Below, piece by piece: positions 48,177-62,200 of a stretch of DNA of 64,000 bases. Numbering within the stretch: the stretch's first letter is position 1; each line of letters begins with the position of its first letter. A program made the position numbers and the translations under genes. The DNA is from Takakia lepidozioides (Eukaryota > Plantae > Bryophyta). The stretch covers positions 41,850,001-41,914,000 of the forward strand of contig CM060732.1 of assembly GCA_030704615.1 (NCBI GenBank). The letters are read 5' to 3'. Below the pieces are notes generated by a model, which ran no database searches, had not been told where the DNA came from, and saw nothing but the letters and a program-made list of their open reading frames with translations.

Positions 48177-49502
48177 CTACTCGTCCTCTTGGCTGCGAAG
48201 CCGTGCGCTCCCATTGGTTACTGCAACATTCAACTGTGCAGCACGCTCCACTATCGCTTTCCTCTTCAGTGTCGACACATTGTGAGCAATTTCAGCACTA
48301 TACTTCCTGCAGCACACCACATCTCCAATGAAATCTTGGGTTCCTAACTGGCACTTGACTCAAAATGCCACCTAGTCGCCTTAGCTCTCTCTCTCTCATG
48401 AGGCTGAGCATGTCTGTTGACTTTGCTCATCCAGCTTTTTAGAATGACGTGAAAGCCAGACTCTAGATAACATTCCATTTCTTGAAGCAGATTGTTGTCA
48501 ATGCATACCAGCCTTGAAGTGTGCATTACCAGCCAACCTGCGGGCAATCATGATTAACAAATACAGGATGAAACACCAAATTTTAACACCACCCTGTTAT
48601 TAGATAACCACGATCTCACATCCAATGCAGCCATGGGAGTCTGAAGTGGCTCTGTCCAGAAAATCGATGACATTTGCCATTGAACCTAATCGAAAAATCT
48701 AAACCCCAGATTCCTATGAGAATTCACAACCTAAGGTCTTCATCCACCCCCATGACACATAAGATCCTTATTCACAGAGCAGAGAAAAACTCTTAAAAAA
48801 GGAAATTAATAGATGACTATGTAACAACAAGGTAGCAGAACCGAAACCACCACAAAACCGTCTCACATTTCAGCTCATCCACTGACAGAGCACAGAAATT
48901 TTCTAGCTTATTGCTACGACTCATTAGTTGTCACAACATATTAGAAGACGAATTTGGCTACTCACCGGTTGTGCATGAGGAGGAGCTCTAGGTCTTTCAC
49001 ATTGTGCACCAAAAATTTGACGAAACCACTTGGCAGCACATGCCTTGTCTTCTTGTTTGACCCATAACCAATGTTAGGCATCAGTGTGGTGCCCTTGAAC
49101 TTACGCCGAACCCGAGAGTCGATACCCTTGGGCCTCCTCCAGTTGGTCTGTGCATGGAATTGGACAGATGACAGTAAGCTACTATACTAAAGGAACAGAA
49201 GCGCAGGACAATCTCGCCGGCGGATGATTGGATAGCCATCCAATAAGAAACGATCGTACTAGAACAGCGTTCCAGCTCAACCCATCTCTCAAACGTGTAT
49301 TCAACAGAAAACAGCACCGTACAGTACAAGAGAAAATGCAAAAACCTTCCCAACTCAGTGGGTGATGCAAAACGAAGAAGATGACCATGGCTTCAGGATG
49401 AGAGCAACGCACCTTGACACAGATCTTCCGGTCAGACTGCATGCGCTTAAACTTCTTGATGCGCTTCTTGACCACATCGCGCTTTATCAACGGGGTCACC
49501 AT
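48177..49502 (-). CDS. RPL32: 60S ribosomal protein L32 (eL32), 3 coding exons
   Basis: Exons 49502-49413, 49147-48966 and 48306-48177: [57 protein letters not shown]. Confidence 0.97.
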
Positions 49503-49590
49503 GGTCGCTGGCTGCTGCGGTGGAGACGATGGTCCTGCAACAACATAGAGACGGCTTCTTAAGACCGACTCCCTCTTGGTTGAGCTTGAG

Positions 49591-49710
49591 CTAGGGTTTC
49601 GCCCTCTTCAGATGAATATCGTCCATATATTCTGTACATCCTCCCCAGTTCAACCCTAAATACTGAATACTGGATGGAACCCTAAATACTGAATACTGAA
49701 TACTGAAAAG
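49591..49710. promoter_or_regulatory. Shared bidirectional promoter with telo-box motifs between RPL32 and ZMAT5
   Basis: ctagggttt at 49591 (AAACCCTAG on the minus strand), aaccctaaa at about 49652 and 49679, and short (aatactg)n repeats; the ATGs are only 280 bp apart. Confidence 0.55.
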
Positions 49711-49782
49711 ATCAGGAAGACTCCCTCTTCGTGTCCAGTGCAAAATATTGAGAGGGAGGAATCCGAGAGGGAAGAAGAAGGG

Positions 49783-51317
49783 ATGCCTGCGCACAAGTAT
49801 TACTGCGATTACTGTGATAAGCAATTCTACGACACGCCTGCGTCCAGGCGGCGCCACTTGCAGGGATCGTCGCACCAACGTGCGAAGAAGCAGTGGTTTG
49901 ATTCTTTCAAAGGTTTTGGTTTCGCGCATCTCGCTTTACTGTTCGAAATTGTGGATTTGGGGGCTGACAATGGATTACAGAGACATCCCAGCGATGATAT
50001 TTAGTAAAAATTGGACGTTTTAGCTGTGGTGGTACTGATGGTGGAGAAGGTGGGCAGAAGAGGACAGGCGGAGATCAAAAATTGATTTGGAGGAAATTGT
50101 GGTAATGTGCAGAAGTAGACCTTGCGCAGAATCTTGAGGGACAGAAATCTGTTTGCACTTACTTCATGCGCACGGTATGGCAGTCCTTGTTATCTATTTC
50201 TCTCTCTTCCTACGCACAGCTTGGTTCAGCTTTGTCTGGGTCTTTCCACTATAACGATGTCGACAGCCCCAATTGGATTGTGTCCCTCGGCACTAAGGTG
50301 GCGCTGTTGGTGTGGCAGGGTTTCTGCCAGTTTGGTAGTCGCTGCAAATTTTCTCATCCTCAGCAGCAGCCCTCGTCACTCCAGTACTTTACTCCGTCTG
50401 CTGGTAAGTAAATAAGACCCTTTCAGAAGTTACTATTTTCAAATGCCAGTTGCACTTGCCTAGCTTGGTGGGCATCTGTGCCTAATTTTTGTTTGTTGAG
50501 CGGAACTTGTTGGAAGTCTCCACTCACCCGTCATTTGGTTGAGCCGAGAAGGCAAGCTAAGCGGAGGGGCAATGTCTGATTCAGAATAACAATCTGGAAA
50601 CAGTTCAATCATCAGCATTCAAGTTCTTCTTCAGTATGCACATCAGAGCTCTATCCTGGACACTTTGTAGATGATGCTACTTATTGTGAATGTTACCTTA
50701 GGCTTTAACACAGGGTCCAGCACAAAATCAACTGGGGTCGATGCCGAAGAGAAGTAAAGGTGTTGATCAAGTGTGTTTGAGCATTCTCTTGTAAATCCTT
50801 TGGGGTTGCAGATGGGCCTCAGCACTCTGCTTTGGTGGACTCCCGGATGGCATGGGCCACTGTTCAGTCTCCCACAGGAGCCATTTCCAGTGAGTGATTT
50901 GCCTTCTCGCAGAGCTGTTATCTGAGATATATAGTTGAACCCTTAACAAGATGTGACAATCAGCCAGCAGATGCTCCAGGGTTGGTATTTCCTGTCACCA
51001 AAACCTGTACTGTATTGGTTTCAAGGGTTGACTCCAAATGGTCTCAAGTTTCATGCAATATCGTCCTTACCCTAGCCAGCTATTGGCATTACAGCATTTC
51101 TTGTGGTGTTCGCATGCTCCAAAAGTATGTAATGGATTGTTTCTTTCTCTGACTGCTCTACTGGGTGCCATTCTTATCTTTCCTTGATTTGCTCATGACA
51201 GGAAAACCTAGTGCACCCGAGCTCGTAGTGGCATCTGTTTTCGAAAACCTGCCGCCATCGGTACATCCACCCCCTGAAGGTGGCTATCCCCCCTTACCTC
51301 CAGTTGATTGGGGCTAA
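49783..51317 (+). CDS. ZMAT5: U11/U12 snRNP 20-kDa protein (matrin-type C2H2 + CCCH zinc finger), 5 exons
   Basis: Exons 49783-49912, 50113-50174, 50319-50403, 50812-50889 and 51202-51317: KYYCDYCDKQF.DT..RRRHLQG..H; C..FMRTGFCQFGSRCKFSH; NLPPS..PPPEGGYP..VDWG*. Confidence 0.92.
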
Positions 51318-52891
51318 TCTCTCTGTCCCTCTCCGTCTCTAATCAGGCGCAGGCTCTCTGCTCACAAGACTTAAGCAAGCATGTCTCCCTCCCTTTCATA
51401 CTTCTTCCCGTTATGGAGTGACTGAAAGTGGATTCCAGAATTATGGCCACAAGGCTATGGTGAGTGTATTGCATTAACACTTTGGTTTAAAAACCCCGTC
51501 CCCCTTGAGAGGCTGCCATGTCTTCATCACCAATGTGGACTTGTATGAATCGAATGCAATCTGTGAAGTTATTGAGGGTATTGTAAGATGCACAAGCCAT
51601 TCCTCGACAACACACTCTGTGGAATAAGTTTGACCTCACAGAATGTTCACAGAGTTTGAACATGGGTGACCTGATCCAAGGATACCATGAAGATAAGGCA
51701 TGCTACTGTGACACACCAGTAGGTGAAGAGTCTCATCATTGAAATATGAAATGTTTGTGATGTAAGTATTTTATTAAGATGACTGTTTGCATACGCTCTC
51801 AAGAACATTCTGATCGAAGTAAAGAGTGCCTCTCTATGTGCCTATATGGCAATTTCCCTCTTTGTGCTGAGTAATTGCACAAAAAGTCTCCTTTGGCATG
51901 TTCCCTCACTGCACAGCACATGAGCATGACTTGACAGATTTGTGTGCGTATTTATGTCTGTGAGGCATCTGCTACAAAGGTACCTGCATTGATCACTATG
52001 GGGATTGTCATGCACCCCATCCTGAAGCATTCCCTTTCCTGTTTGGCATATGTGCATATGTATTATGGAGGTATGGAAGAATTGCTGAGGCCTTTGGAAG
52101 ATTGTTGGCCTTAGTAGTGCCCATTTGATATTTCACTTGGCGAGCTGGCATGATTATGTATGCTTCCCCATCCTCAGTGTGTGTGGCCATTCAGGCAAAT
52201 AACACCAAGAAGGATGGTGCAAAGCTGTCCTGATCAGAAAAAGTACACACTAGAGTGTGTGGACAGCCTTGTAGAGGATAACCAGAATGGTGTATGCCTA
52301 TACTACATGTGACCTGCAAGTAAAGGCATAGAGATGCAGCGCATAGCATCTTCAGAGGTGGCAATGTGTGAAATCGCATGCATCAAATTGTCATTATCAC
52401 TTCATCAGCTGATCTGACGTTTGAGGGAAAGAGCATCGATCTAAATAAAGGTTGAGCCTTCAGAAGGAACGCACCCCAAAACAGTATGCTCAGTAAGCAG
52501 TAGCATTGTATCTGGCATACGCTCAGCTCTCTCCTACTGGGCACTACGAAGTTATGATGGGTGTAGGCTTCAGCCTGAAGGTCAATCGGTATATAGTATA
52601 AGCTAATGACCCCTCCACTGGCTATTCCAGGGGCTGTGAACTAATGGTGAGGACAGGATACCGATCTTAGCCATTGGAGGGCCATTCCCTACATGTATTG
52701 TGACACAGCATTCACTGCATTGACCCAGAAGCCCTCGACAATGTGGGTAATTGATTGATGAGAGACAAAAGGCCAAATATCAGCCTATGTCAAGCAGAAA
52801 TATAGAGGAGACTAGTAAGTTCAACTCTTCTGACAGGGTTGATTGCACAGTCTGCAAGTTCAGCTTGGCCTAACTTCCATGTTGAACTTAT

Positions 52892-55800
52892 TTAAAGCGC
52901 AGTGATCTCGTGTACAAATGCCTGAAGGTTTTTGTAAGAGGACCCTCCCGGAGATAGAGCACTCCTGGCCAGATCCCTCCACTTGGCGACCCGGCTCCGT
53001 ACAGCTTTTCCTTCTTCTTCAAACATTAGTTGTCTTACCACCCTTGCCACCTCCTCCCCCTCCACAATGCCATTAGGCCCCCTTTCAAATTCCAGTGCAG
53101 CTCCCGCCTCATCCACGAGAAACCTGCCAAGTTATCAGTCATGAGATATCGATCTCACTTGGCAGAGGCATACAATGTGGAGAATAGAAGCACTTGGCAG
53201 CTAACTTCATCAACCACTTCTCAAAGAATTTCACGTCAATTGCCTTTGGCCCATGTTCATAGGGTCTCTGGTTATTCCATACTTGTCCCATAAGCCTGTT
53301 GAGTTTATTGTGGAAATCCTTGGATTTTCGGCTACTTGTTAAGGTCCCCACTTCTTTCTTCTGTCCTGCTTTCTTCTATCCCCTAACATTTTCAAACTTT
53401 ACGGGCTCTAGTGTAACTTTGAAGCTCCTGTACAATGACATACCCATAATGGGCACTATGTTTCTGGAAGTCCAATCCTTCTGCCTCGCCATGAACAGAA
53501 CAGAGCCTTGCTCCATTCACAAAGAAGAAAGGTGGAGCACATCAACCAAGATAGGCTTGTTCTCTAGTTTGGGAACTTTAAAGTGGATATACATAATAGC
53601 AGCAGCTCGCGAGATTAGACCACGCGGGGGCTTGGAGCACAAGAGAGCCTTGTTGACCCCTAGCTGATATATTGAGCTAACCACATACCTGGCAGTCATC
53701 TTCTGCTCTGCTCGAAGGGGCCACGCCAGCAGCGGCACACCTTTGCAAAGACTTTCCAATGTAGAGTTCCACCCACAGTGAGAAAGGAAGCCACCAACTG
53801 CAGGATGTGACAAAATCTCTAGCTGTTGTACCCAGCCAGGGACAAGAAACCCTTGATCCTTCATACGGTTAGCAAAACCTTCAGGGAGGTACTCAGAGGA
53901 GGGTAACCCAGGGTTCAAGGGGTCGTGGCCATCCACAGCAGCTGGTGGGTGGACCACCCACAGGAATTTCTGCCCACTTGCTTCAAGTCCAGTTGCCAGC
54001 GCTGTGATCTGAGCCGCCCTTAGGCTTGACACACTTCCAAACGACAAGAACAGAGTAGATGACTTTGGTTGATTGTCCAACCACTGTAGGTACGGAGCTC
54101 TCTCTTCGGGGTGCTGTAGCTGGGTAGAGGGTATGTCATCGGTAAAATAGGCAGAGGGCAGCGTGGGGCCGATAGGCAAGACACTTCTTTGACCCTGCAG
54201 AAACATGGCTTTTAGCATGGCTTCACCAGGGAATCACACACACACCCACACACACACACACCTCTTGTTTGTTTCTTAGTTTCATAATTGTGTCATATAA
54301 GCCTAAAGGACGTCCTGTGAACATCATAAAGTTGCTGTTCTCCTTACTGTCTTTGTCTCGCCTTGCTTATCCTCTTTCACACGAACTGGGCGCGGGGTCT
54401 ATGGCCACAAGCTCTCATGACACTACATGCTTCCCTTGCTCATCGCTAGAGATCACCCGGAAGATATGAAAATCATCATGTAACTGAAAATAACACTTAC
54501 AGCGCACAAAGCAGACCTGCTCACCTGGAACCATGATGGATAAGCATATACTTCTACGTCAGTTTCATTTACTAAAGCAGGATCGATGTCACTTTCTCTT
54601 TACAGTTTTCAAACACAACATGAAAAGAAAATACCTTGGGAGAGGTTGGGCCAAAGATTTGAGAGCGAACACCCTCAATACTTTTGTGTTCCAGCTCGTA
54701 GAAACTGTTGATGAGGACCCCAGAGGCTTCTGGCATGTATGCACTGTTGCGAAGGAGGAAGTCATAGATCTCTGGAATTTCCTTGTAGTCGACTAGAATT
54801 GAGGGCATGTCTGAGGCTTTTGTGGGGGGCACTCCTGGAATATCATTGAAGGGCTCATCTCCTACAGGCAAACGACCTTGCACTTGCAGTGTGGGCACAT
54901 AAGCCATCGTTGCAAGCCACGAGGATGGGGAAGTGAACAGAACATATTTAGAAATCTTGTACTTGTCTGCCACATCCTGCACTCCACAAAATACTCCAAC
55001 CTTTTAGACTACAACTTCAGTTTTGGTGAAAATGAAACTTGTTGCCGAGATACACAGACATCAATGTACATTGGCACAAGGTTTAGAGCGCCAGGAATTT
55101 TCTTGGAGAAAATATGCAGAATCTGATCAATCAAACTTAAGTCTGCTACAAATGAGTTAAGCTATAAATAGGCAGTCCATCAGTTGCTAATAGACCAGCA
55201 AAGGAAAAACTATAGCCCAATTCATATCAGCGAGGAAAAGCAGGACACGGTTGCGGATAGATTACAAGTGGTGTGAGTTAGCCATCGAACGTGACAACCT
55301 GCGGCCAACCTGTGGCCATTTTTGACAATCGAGAAAGATACCAACACAAACAGATTCCTCGGAGGGAATATTTAGAGATTGATTTTGTAATGGAGGTCAA
55401 CAACCAAGCTGGACGCATTCTGGGAAAGAGTTCGGGGGACGAGCTACAGCAAGAGATGAAGGGGGGTGTGAAAGGTTTTTACTCATTGGAACTGTTGTAA
55501 CCAACCATATCATGCTCAGGTGACAAGAGAAAACTTCACGCGAAATCCACCAATGATAGGCACAATGCATACCTGTGTCCATCCGAGGAACATGTCGCTG
55601 ATGATGCAGACAGGGGGGGCTAAACCGGGGGTCGAATTGAGCTGCTCCAATAACTGTTCCAAATCTCCCTGTATGCGCTCCGACGCAGCAATCATGGGCA
55701 AGGGGCCGACTTCATCCCCCGGTTGAGGCAGTCCCCCTAGCCCCACCACCCGCACATTTTCGAGGCCCCCAACAGCCGCAAAATCCTCCTGTGCCATATG

Positions 55801-55926
55801 CTCGAATGCATTGATGAAGGTGATGGTCACGCCAAATGCATTCAGCCGCTTGACGAAGTGCAATACCGGGATACTGTGGCTTTTGATTGGATATGGCAGA
55901 AAGACCACGTGTGGGCGCGTCGCCAT
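52892..55926 (-). CDS. Family 1 UDP-glycosyltransferase (PSPG box), 4 exons
   Basis: Exons 55926-55573, 54976-54635, 54194-53689 and 53123-52892. Catalytic His in PYPIKSHSIP, Asp in ISDMF, PSPG box WVQQLEILSHPAVGGFLSHCGWNSTLESLCKGVPLLAWPLRAEQ, C-terminal GGSS. Confidence 0.95.
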
Positions 55927-56419
55927 CTCTGAGCCTGTTCCTCTGATCTACACACACAGCCAAGATGAAGTCTCAGTCCTCAAAACCAGTTCCAGCTGCT
56001 ACAACGTCCAATGTATGGATCTCCCGTAGCTGGCGGAGACAACAGAATAGCCTACGATACTAAAGGCATTCTATTTCTTCCTTCCACGTCCGATCATGCA
56101 GATGGGGAACATTCAAGCAACAACCAAATTACAGGCAGTCTGACTGTAATCTCCATGACCTCAACTTCGTTTGTGGATTCTGGTGAGCTCAGCTCCCCAA
56201 GCAAAGCACCACTCTCGTCTCAACATCCAAGGCAGCTGCAGAGTAGACACAGGTTGACACTTTCCCCGTGCACCCACACTTTCAGTACTACCGTACTTCC
56301 CTAGCTTATTAGGCACTTTCGTGCCTAATAATTAATAAAAATGGAATATTTTTAGGCAAATGCGTTTTTATTATTTAGGCACCTCAACTAGGTAAATTCC
56401 AACCATTAGGCATGTATTA

Positions 56420-56652
56420 CAGTCGACCCTGGATAAAGGTTATTTTTGTTATGTCACCCTCAATGTTATGAAATCCTTGGTATGTAAAAACTTACACTTG
56501 AAAATGGCATGACTAGAGCGTTATTTGATAAGTGTTATGAAAATATGGCTCTCCTCTTTGTTAGCACACCTCCATAGTTGCTAGATCTTATGCTGAGCTT
56601 TAATATAGTTCGTTTGAGAAAACATTCGTCCACTCTTATCAACGATCTACTG
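56420..56652. mobile_element. Degenerate pogo/Tc1-like MITE
   Basis: TA|cagtcgaccctggataa ... ttatcaacgatctactg (13/17 inverted match). Confidence 0.4.
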
Positions 56653-58039
56653 TTCTTATCGAAAGGCACCACGTCCATAACAAAATAACATAATGAACAA
56701 TTGTTTTTGTCCGATTGCGATACTAGGGAAGCGCTCGTATGGCAAAAATCTGATTGGTTAATATGGTGGTATCAATAATGCATTATTGATGTGGTGTAAG
56801 TTTAGGGGTATCAATAGAGTCAAGAGTTTTGAACAACCAATACCAGGGAATTATATATCAATACTCAAACCCACTATATATACATATTAAAAGGCCCAAT
56901 TTTACATATAAAAGCCAGTAGCTTAGGTCAGTCGATACAGACATGAGGGGTCATAGGTAAGTATTACATGGGAATATATGGTTCCTAATTAAGAACTGCT
57001 TCATGAAAATGATCAACATATATCACATTAAGATGGAAAGGCTCTTTCGCACAAGAGGGTTCATAAAAAAATATTGTGGACCCTGCTGGACATCGTCATG
57101 GAAAAAAATATATCTTTTACTGCTTCCATAGTGGTTTCTTTCGACATCAATATTGTGCGCCATAGAGCTTCACACCTATACAGATTCATTCACTTCTGCA
57201 AAAACATACCCAATGCTTAAAATTCAGTCAATTTTAGCATCGTCAATAGGCAACCCGAGAATGTACATGTCACTTGTTTCCCATACTGCTGGTGGAGATG
57301 ATAGATCAAGGCTTTATCGAAGATACTTGATGGCGGTCAAACACACAGTTTTTGAGTGTTGGAGTACATTTCTTTCCCTTCTTCTATATCATGCTTCGTG
57401 ACATTATGACTGAAAAATTTGAAGTCCCATAGTCCATAATCCTTCAAATAGTGTCCTAATATCATGCCTTATATGGACTTGCCACAAATTTTTTACATAA
57501 TAATTAGTGTGTCCTGTGGTGGGCATCCGTCCCACCCTAGATATTTTTCTACAATTTGTTAATCCAGTAGTACCTATAGTTAAATATTCTGATTACCATT
57601 TGAAATGGGAAATGAGACATCACATTCGACGACAGCCAAAAACCAAGCATGAAAATTTTCTGTTATAAACTTTCTCAAGGACTCAAAAGCTGCACCTGGA
57701 CATCACTTCCTCCTACTCCAACTGTACATGAAACTTCAACCACTTCAATACAGTTAAATTTTGTAGGTTGCCCCCTTCCTCTCTTCCCACATGCTTCACT
57801 GCAACACTACTTTTTAATTGCCTCCATCACATTCTCGTACTTCTCCCCTCCTCTCATACTCACCGCTCACTGCTGGTGCCGCTCACCTCTAGTACCTTAC
57901 CTTACTAGAGATTCATCGAGTATTCAAGTACCAGGGACTATCCAAACACTACCACACATGCTCCTCCACTCCCTCCACTAGCTTTTTTGCTCCCTCTACT
58001 CTAGAACCTTTGCCAAACTTGGTTGGCGCAAGGATTGCA

Positions 58040-58500
58040 TGTGGACCCCGCATGCAATAGCCATGTGGGGCGGCATGCAACTAGCCGTTGGAGAGGTTGT
58101 CCCGGAGTCCTGCTTGGTGGATTTTATTTTTCCAACGGCTGGGGTACATATACTCCCACCCTGTGTATTGCTTGTTACCTTGTCATTCCATATCTGTAGC
58201 ATTTCTACCCACTACAATGCCATAACACATACAGAGGGTACACTCCACTGTAGACCAGAGAACCCAACAGGCACATAAATAAAACCCAGCTTCGTAAGAC
58301 CAGGCCAAACCTCCTAAATACCTTAGTAACCACATGCCACATCCCAACAAATCCGAGAGGAAGAAAATATAACAGTACCGAAATTGAGTCCCAAGAGTGA
58401 AATACAAAGTCGAGACACATTGTTATGTACAGTTCTACCATAGAGCCTGTAACTGAGACTCTGCAGCACCTGGATCTTTGAGTCCAAGGCACCATGTCCC
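58040..58500 (-). mobile_element. Degenerate L1-like ORF2 3' fragment
   Basis: Remnants such as MWHVVTKVFRRFG...CLLGS...LWHC...LQIWND resemble the post-zf-RVT region. Confidence 0.3.
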
Positions 58501-59223
58501 TGAGAATCTAAATTTAACCACTAGTGATCTCAAAACATACATAGACTCCATCCCATCACTTCATGGTTGCAGGAGTTCCAATTAGTATGTATTGAAACGA
58601 GCTCACACAAGCGCTCCCTTCTGCACATCTCTTATCTGCATTTTCCTTTCTCCCCTAATCTATTCAAATTCTTCAAGAGCACAGGACCAAAAGTGGTCTC
58701 CATAGCTCAGTTTGACTGTGGTGGAAGAAGACGGAGGACAGTTGCACTTGCCTCCAGACTCCAAACAAATCCACCTCTCTTAACCGAGCTGTTCAGGGTT
58801 GTTATCTTCGAGACACAAGGAGCTTCAAGTCCAATACTCACTGGGCAATCTCACTAGTTCACTAAACACAATGAAGCTTCTAGGTCGACTTCTGATGAAG
58901 TAGTAGCATACCTTCTGGGATCCTTCCATAAGTCATGTCTTCTCTATCCAATCACTTGAGATATATATATATATAAATTAACAGATAGTCAATTCAAATA
59001 ACCTCCACACCTAACAAAACCCTCTATCAATGTACATAACACTCTTGCCAAGCACATGAAGTCACCAAAGGCTGAAGACAACTGTAGCAAACGCAAGTAC
59101 ACATGGGTGGATGGAAGTGCCTTCCATACCCCCTTTCAGGCTGGCTTTTACCCTACCATGCATCACTAGCACAACACAAGTACTCACGGGTGGATGTAAG
59201 TGCCCTTCAGGCCAGCTCTTACC

Positions 59224-62200
59224 CTACCAAGAATCATCACTAGCACTGCCATGGAGGAGGTGAAATTCTGTGGCCATTGGCACCCCAAGACTGTAGAGGC
59301 AGAAGAAGAAGGCAAGGCAGAGTGCAAAGACAAGCAGGAGGCGGTAGGGATGGAGGCCTTCATTGAGGAGAAGGTATGATTTCCTTTTCTCATCACTCAA
59401 GCTCTCAGGCACAACCTCCTCCAGATGTACGTTGAAGTGCACCAAAGGACATGTCAAGAGGCCGAATATGACCCCCACAAATCCTGCTCCTAAGTTCGTC
59501 CTGCAAAACGCCCATGCAAGTGAACAAAATGAAGCCAGCAGAAGTGTACTCAGCTTCTTCACAGCTCTTCATGAACAAATGGCACCCTCAAGAGCGGTCT
59601 AGATGGCGTGGGAGGTTCTTCTGAAGCTCAAACCTCTGATAGGAAGGTTTCCTCTCATATGCTCTCTAAATTGCTGGACACTCTTGTGCTGTTACTCCAC
59701 TACATTTCTGTAAATAAAGCTTCCTTCTTGCACTGAAAACACTTCCTTCTTCTTCTGTACTGAAAAGATGGGCATTGCAGCAAGCTTTGAAGCATCTTAC
59801 TAGGGAGCATATTAACTGTCTTACCGGGGGGTAGGTGTTCTATCCTGGGTAGCAACTTTCATAGGCAATCATCTGGTGGAAGAGCATGTATCTTCCAACC
59901 CCACATCACTGCTATGCCCCCTTCAAAATAGCCAACACAAAAATAACCTCTAGGAGCAGGAAACCTGGATGAATGGAATACCAGTCATCGATAGGAAGGG
60001 AGTTGCACAGTGCGACGTTTAAAGCTGTCATGATAACCACCTTGCGAATCATATCATCTGCTATATCGAGTCCAATTATATCGCGATTGCGCATTAGGTA
60101 CACCAGCCATGTGCCCATCAATGCATATATAGGACCCTGATCACAACAGATATTCAAGGGCAAGTAAACAAACTGGGTCTTTCTGGGTGAAAACAGGGGG
60201 TTTCTCTTGCCAGTCACGTCGTTCGTGTTTCTCACCTGGTTGATAGACTTCAATGGCTGTGGGAGAGCTATGGCAGTCCAATACCGATGTTTCTACCAAA
60301 CATGAGGGCTAGTGCACCAGTCTGAGAGAACTACAATATGAGAACAATCCCTCACTGTTAGACACTAATCACCTCCCAAACCTTATCATGACACACGCCA
60401 AAGGAATGAAACTCAGAAGCACAGGATCTATGTCAGTATGCAGGTAAACCACACATTGGGGAAGTCAATCTGCTTGAAGTCAAGAATCCACATTAAATCT
60501 TCAGCTACATGTCAGTGAAGGACAGGTGAGGACTGCAAGACTCACAGTGCCACCCACAGTGCCTTCAGGTGTGTGAAAGAAGCTCAGAAGGTTGCCAAAA
60601 AGGCCTCCAATGAAGTAGATCATACCGAAACCCAGAGTTCCATAAGCACTCTCCACAGCAGGGCCAAATGATAACAATGCCCAGGTACTCAAGCCTATGT
60701 GTAGCGCGCCAGAATGCTGCAGGCACAACATTCACTGCATGTCAAATACACTTAGACAAATTTAAGATCCGAGGATATTGTGGGCTAGTCACAGTACAAG
60801 GCACATAACTCATGGGGATGTCAACCACAGACATGGAAGAATCCAACAGAGGCCATTGAACTAGTCCTATACTACCTGGGTACGTGAATGCTTGTATGTT
60901 ATGAACCTCCTGGAAGACTGCCTGGAAATGAGGACTACCCAGTATAAGTTCAAAAGTGTGAAATGGTCATGTGTTTTTGAACAGGTAAGGTGCTCAGTAC
61001 TCCTCTGTTGATCTAAAACAATCTTCCCTGGGTCATTGTTCTTCTTCTCCTCACTCTTTGAATGTGGAACACATGTTAACTTTCACTGCAGAGTGATTGC
61101 TTTTCCCATGCTTACATCACGCACAAGTGGCATCGGTGCATAATGGTCCCGTGACTACGATGGGCTATCTTGCTGCATTGGAATACTGAGTATATTTCAC
61201 CTCGGTGGTTCTGTGAGAATGGTCTATGCTGCTGCACTGACTAGCAGGATGCCAACCAGTCGAATATTAAGTAGAGGGTGACATAGACTGAATTTGAACC
61301 CAGGACCACTGAGATGGGACCACAGTGCCCTTTCTACTGGAATTTCAAATGGCTTCCACCACAAACGGATGAAGCAGCATTCACTTACCAGAAACATTGG
61401 CGTTATAAGCCGCCACCATTGACCATCCAAAATAAGCTCATTCACTTTGGCTCCGTAAAGGTAGGGCAACGAGGCATCTGCCAGGCCTGGGGTCACTTGT
61501 GGGCTGGCCAACTCAAACAAGAAGACGGCGATGTTGACAGCAACTAACACATTCCTGTGGATAAATGCACCGCAATCCCACTTTTATGATATGGCATTCT
61601 CATTACTGTATCAAACATGCTGAACAATATCATCTCCTTCATATCTCATAGACGCAAAAATGAGGGCTTTCAGTAGACTCTTAGATTGTAGAGGTAATGG
61701 CTGCTTAACCTTTTGCAACTGACTCAGCCAATTTCATGATTCTCTTGGATGAGATAACAAGAACCTTGTGAGAAAAGACCATAGAGACCAGCAAGGTTTG
61801 CCAAACTCACACAATATAAGAGTTGGAACTGCCAGCCTGAAAACCCCAGAGCGGCACTTGCGGTAAGTCGTCCCTGGATATCGATGTCTCGGTGGACTCA
61901 CCCCTCTGCTCAAGTGCTGCCTCCAGCTCCTCCAACAATTCTCGATAGTCTATTTTATCCTCCTTATCACATTCCTTTCCTTCCACTATCTCTGATGTTG
62001 AGATCTCTTCAATCTGCCTTGCTTCCACACCACTCTCTCCTTCCATTTTCTCTGAAACAGTTGCAACTGCACAAACATATCAAGACAAAGTTAACATGCA
62101 GTTGATGTTAACATTTGACTGAAGACACCGTACGTGATGGACCTGCAGGGGATGAGGTAAAATTTGTCAAGTGCCCAGAGCAAATGAAGGGCAAGAGATT

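Noticed and set aside
48307-48965. Intronic snoRNA in RPL32 (also checked RPS23 intron 1)
   Set aside because: No properly spaced C/D boxes with a terminal stem seen by eye; an Infernal/snoscan run would be needed
17064-55926. MIOX plus UGT as a UDP-glucuronate biosynthetic cluster
   Set aside because: More than 30 kb apart with unrelated genes between; the UGT PSPG box gives no sign of UDP-GlcA specificity
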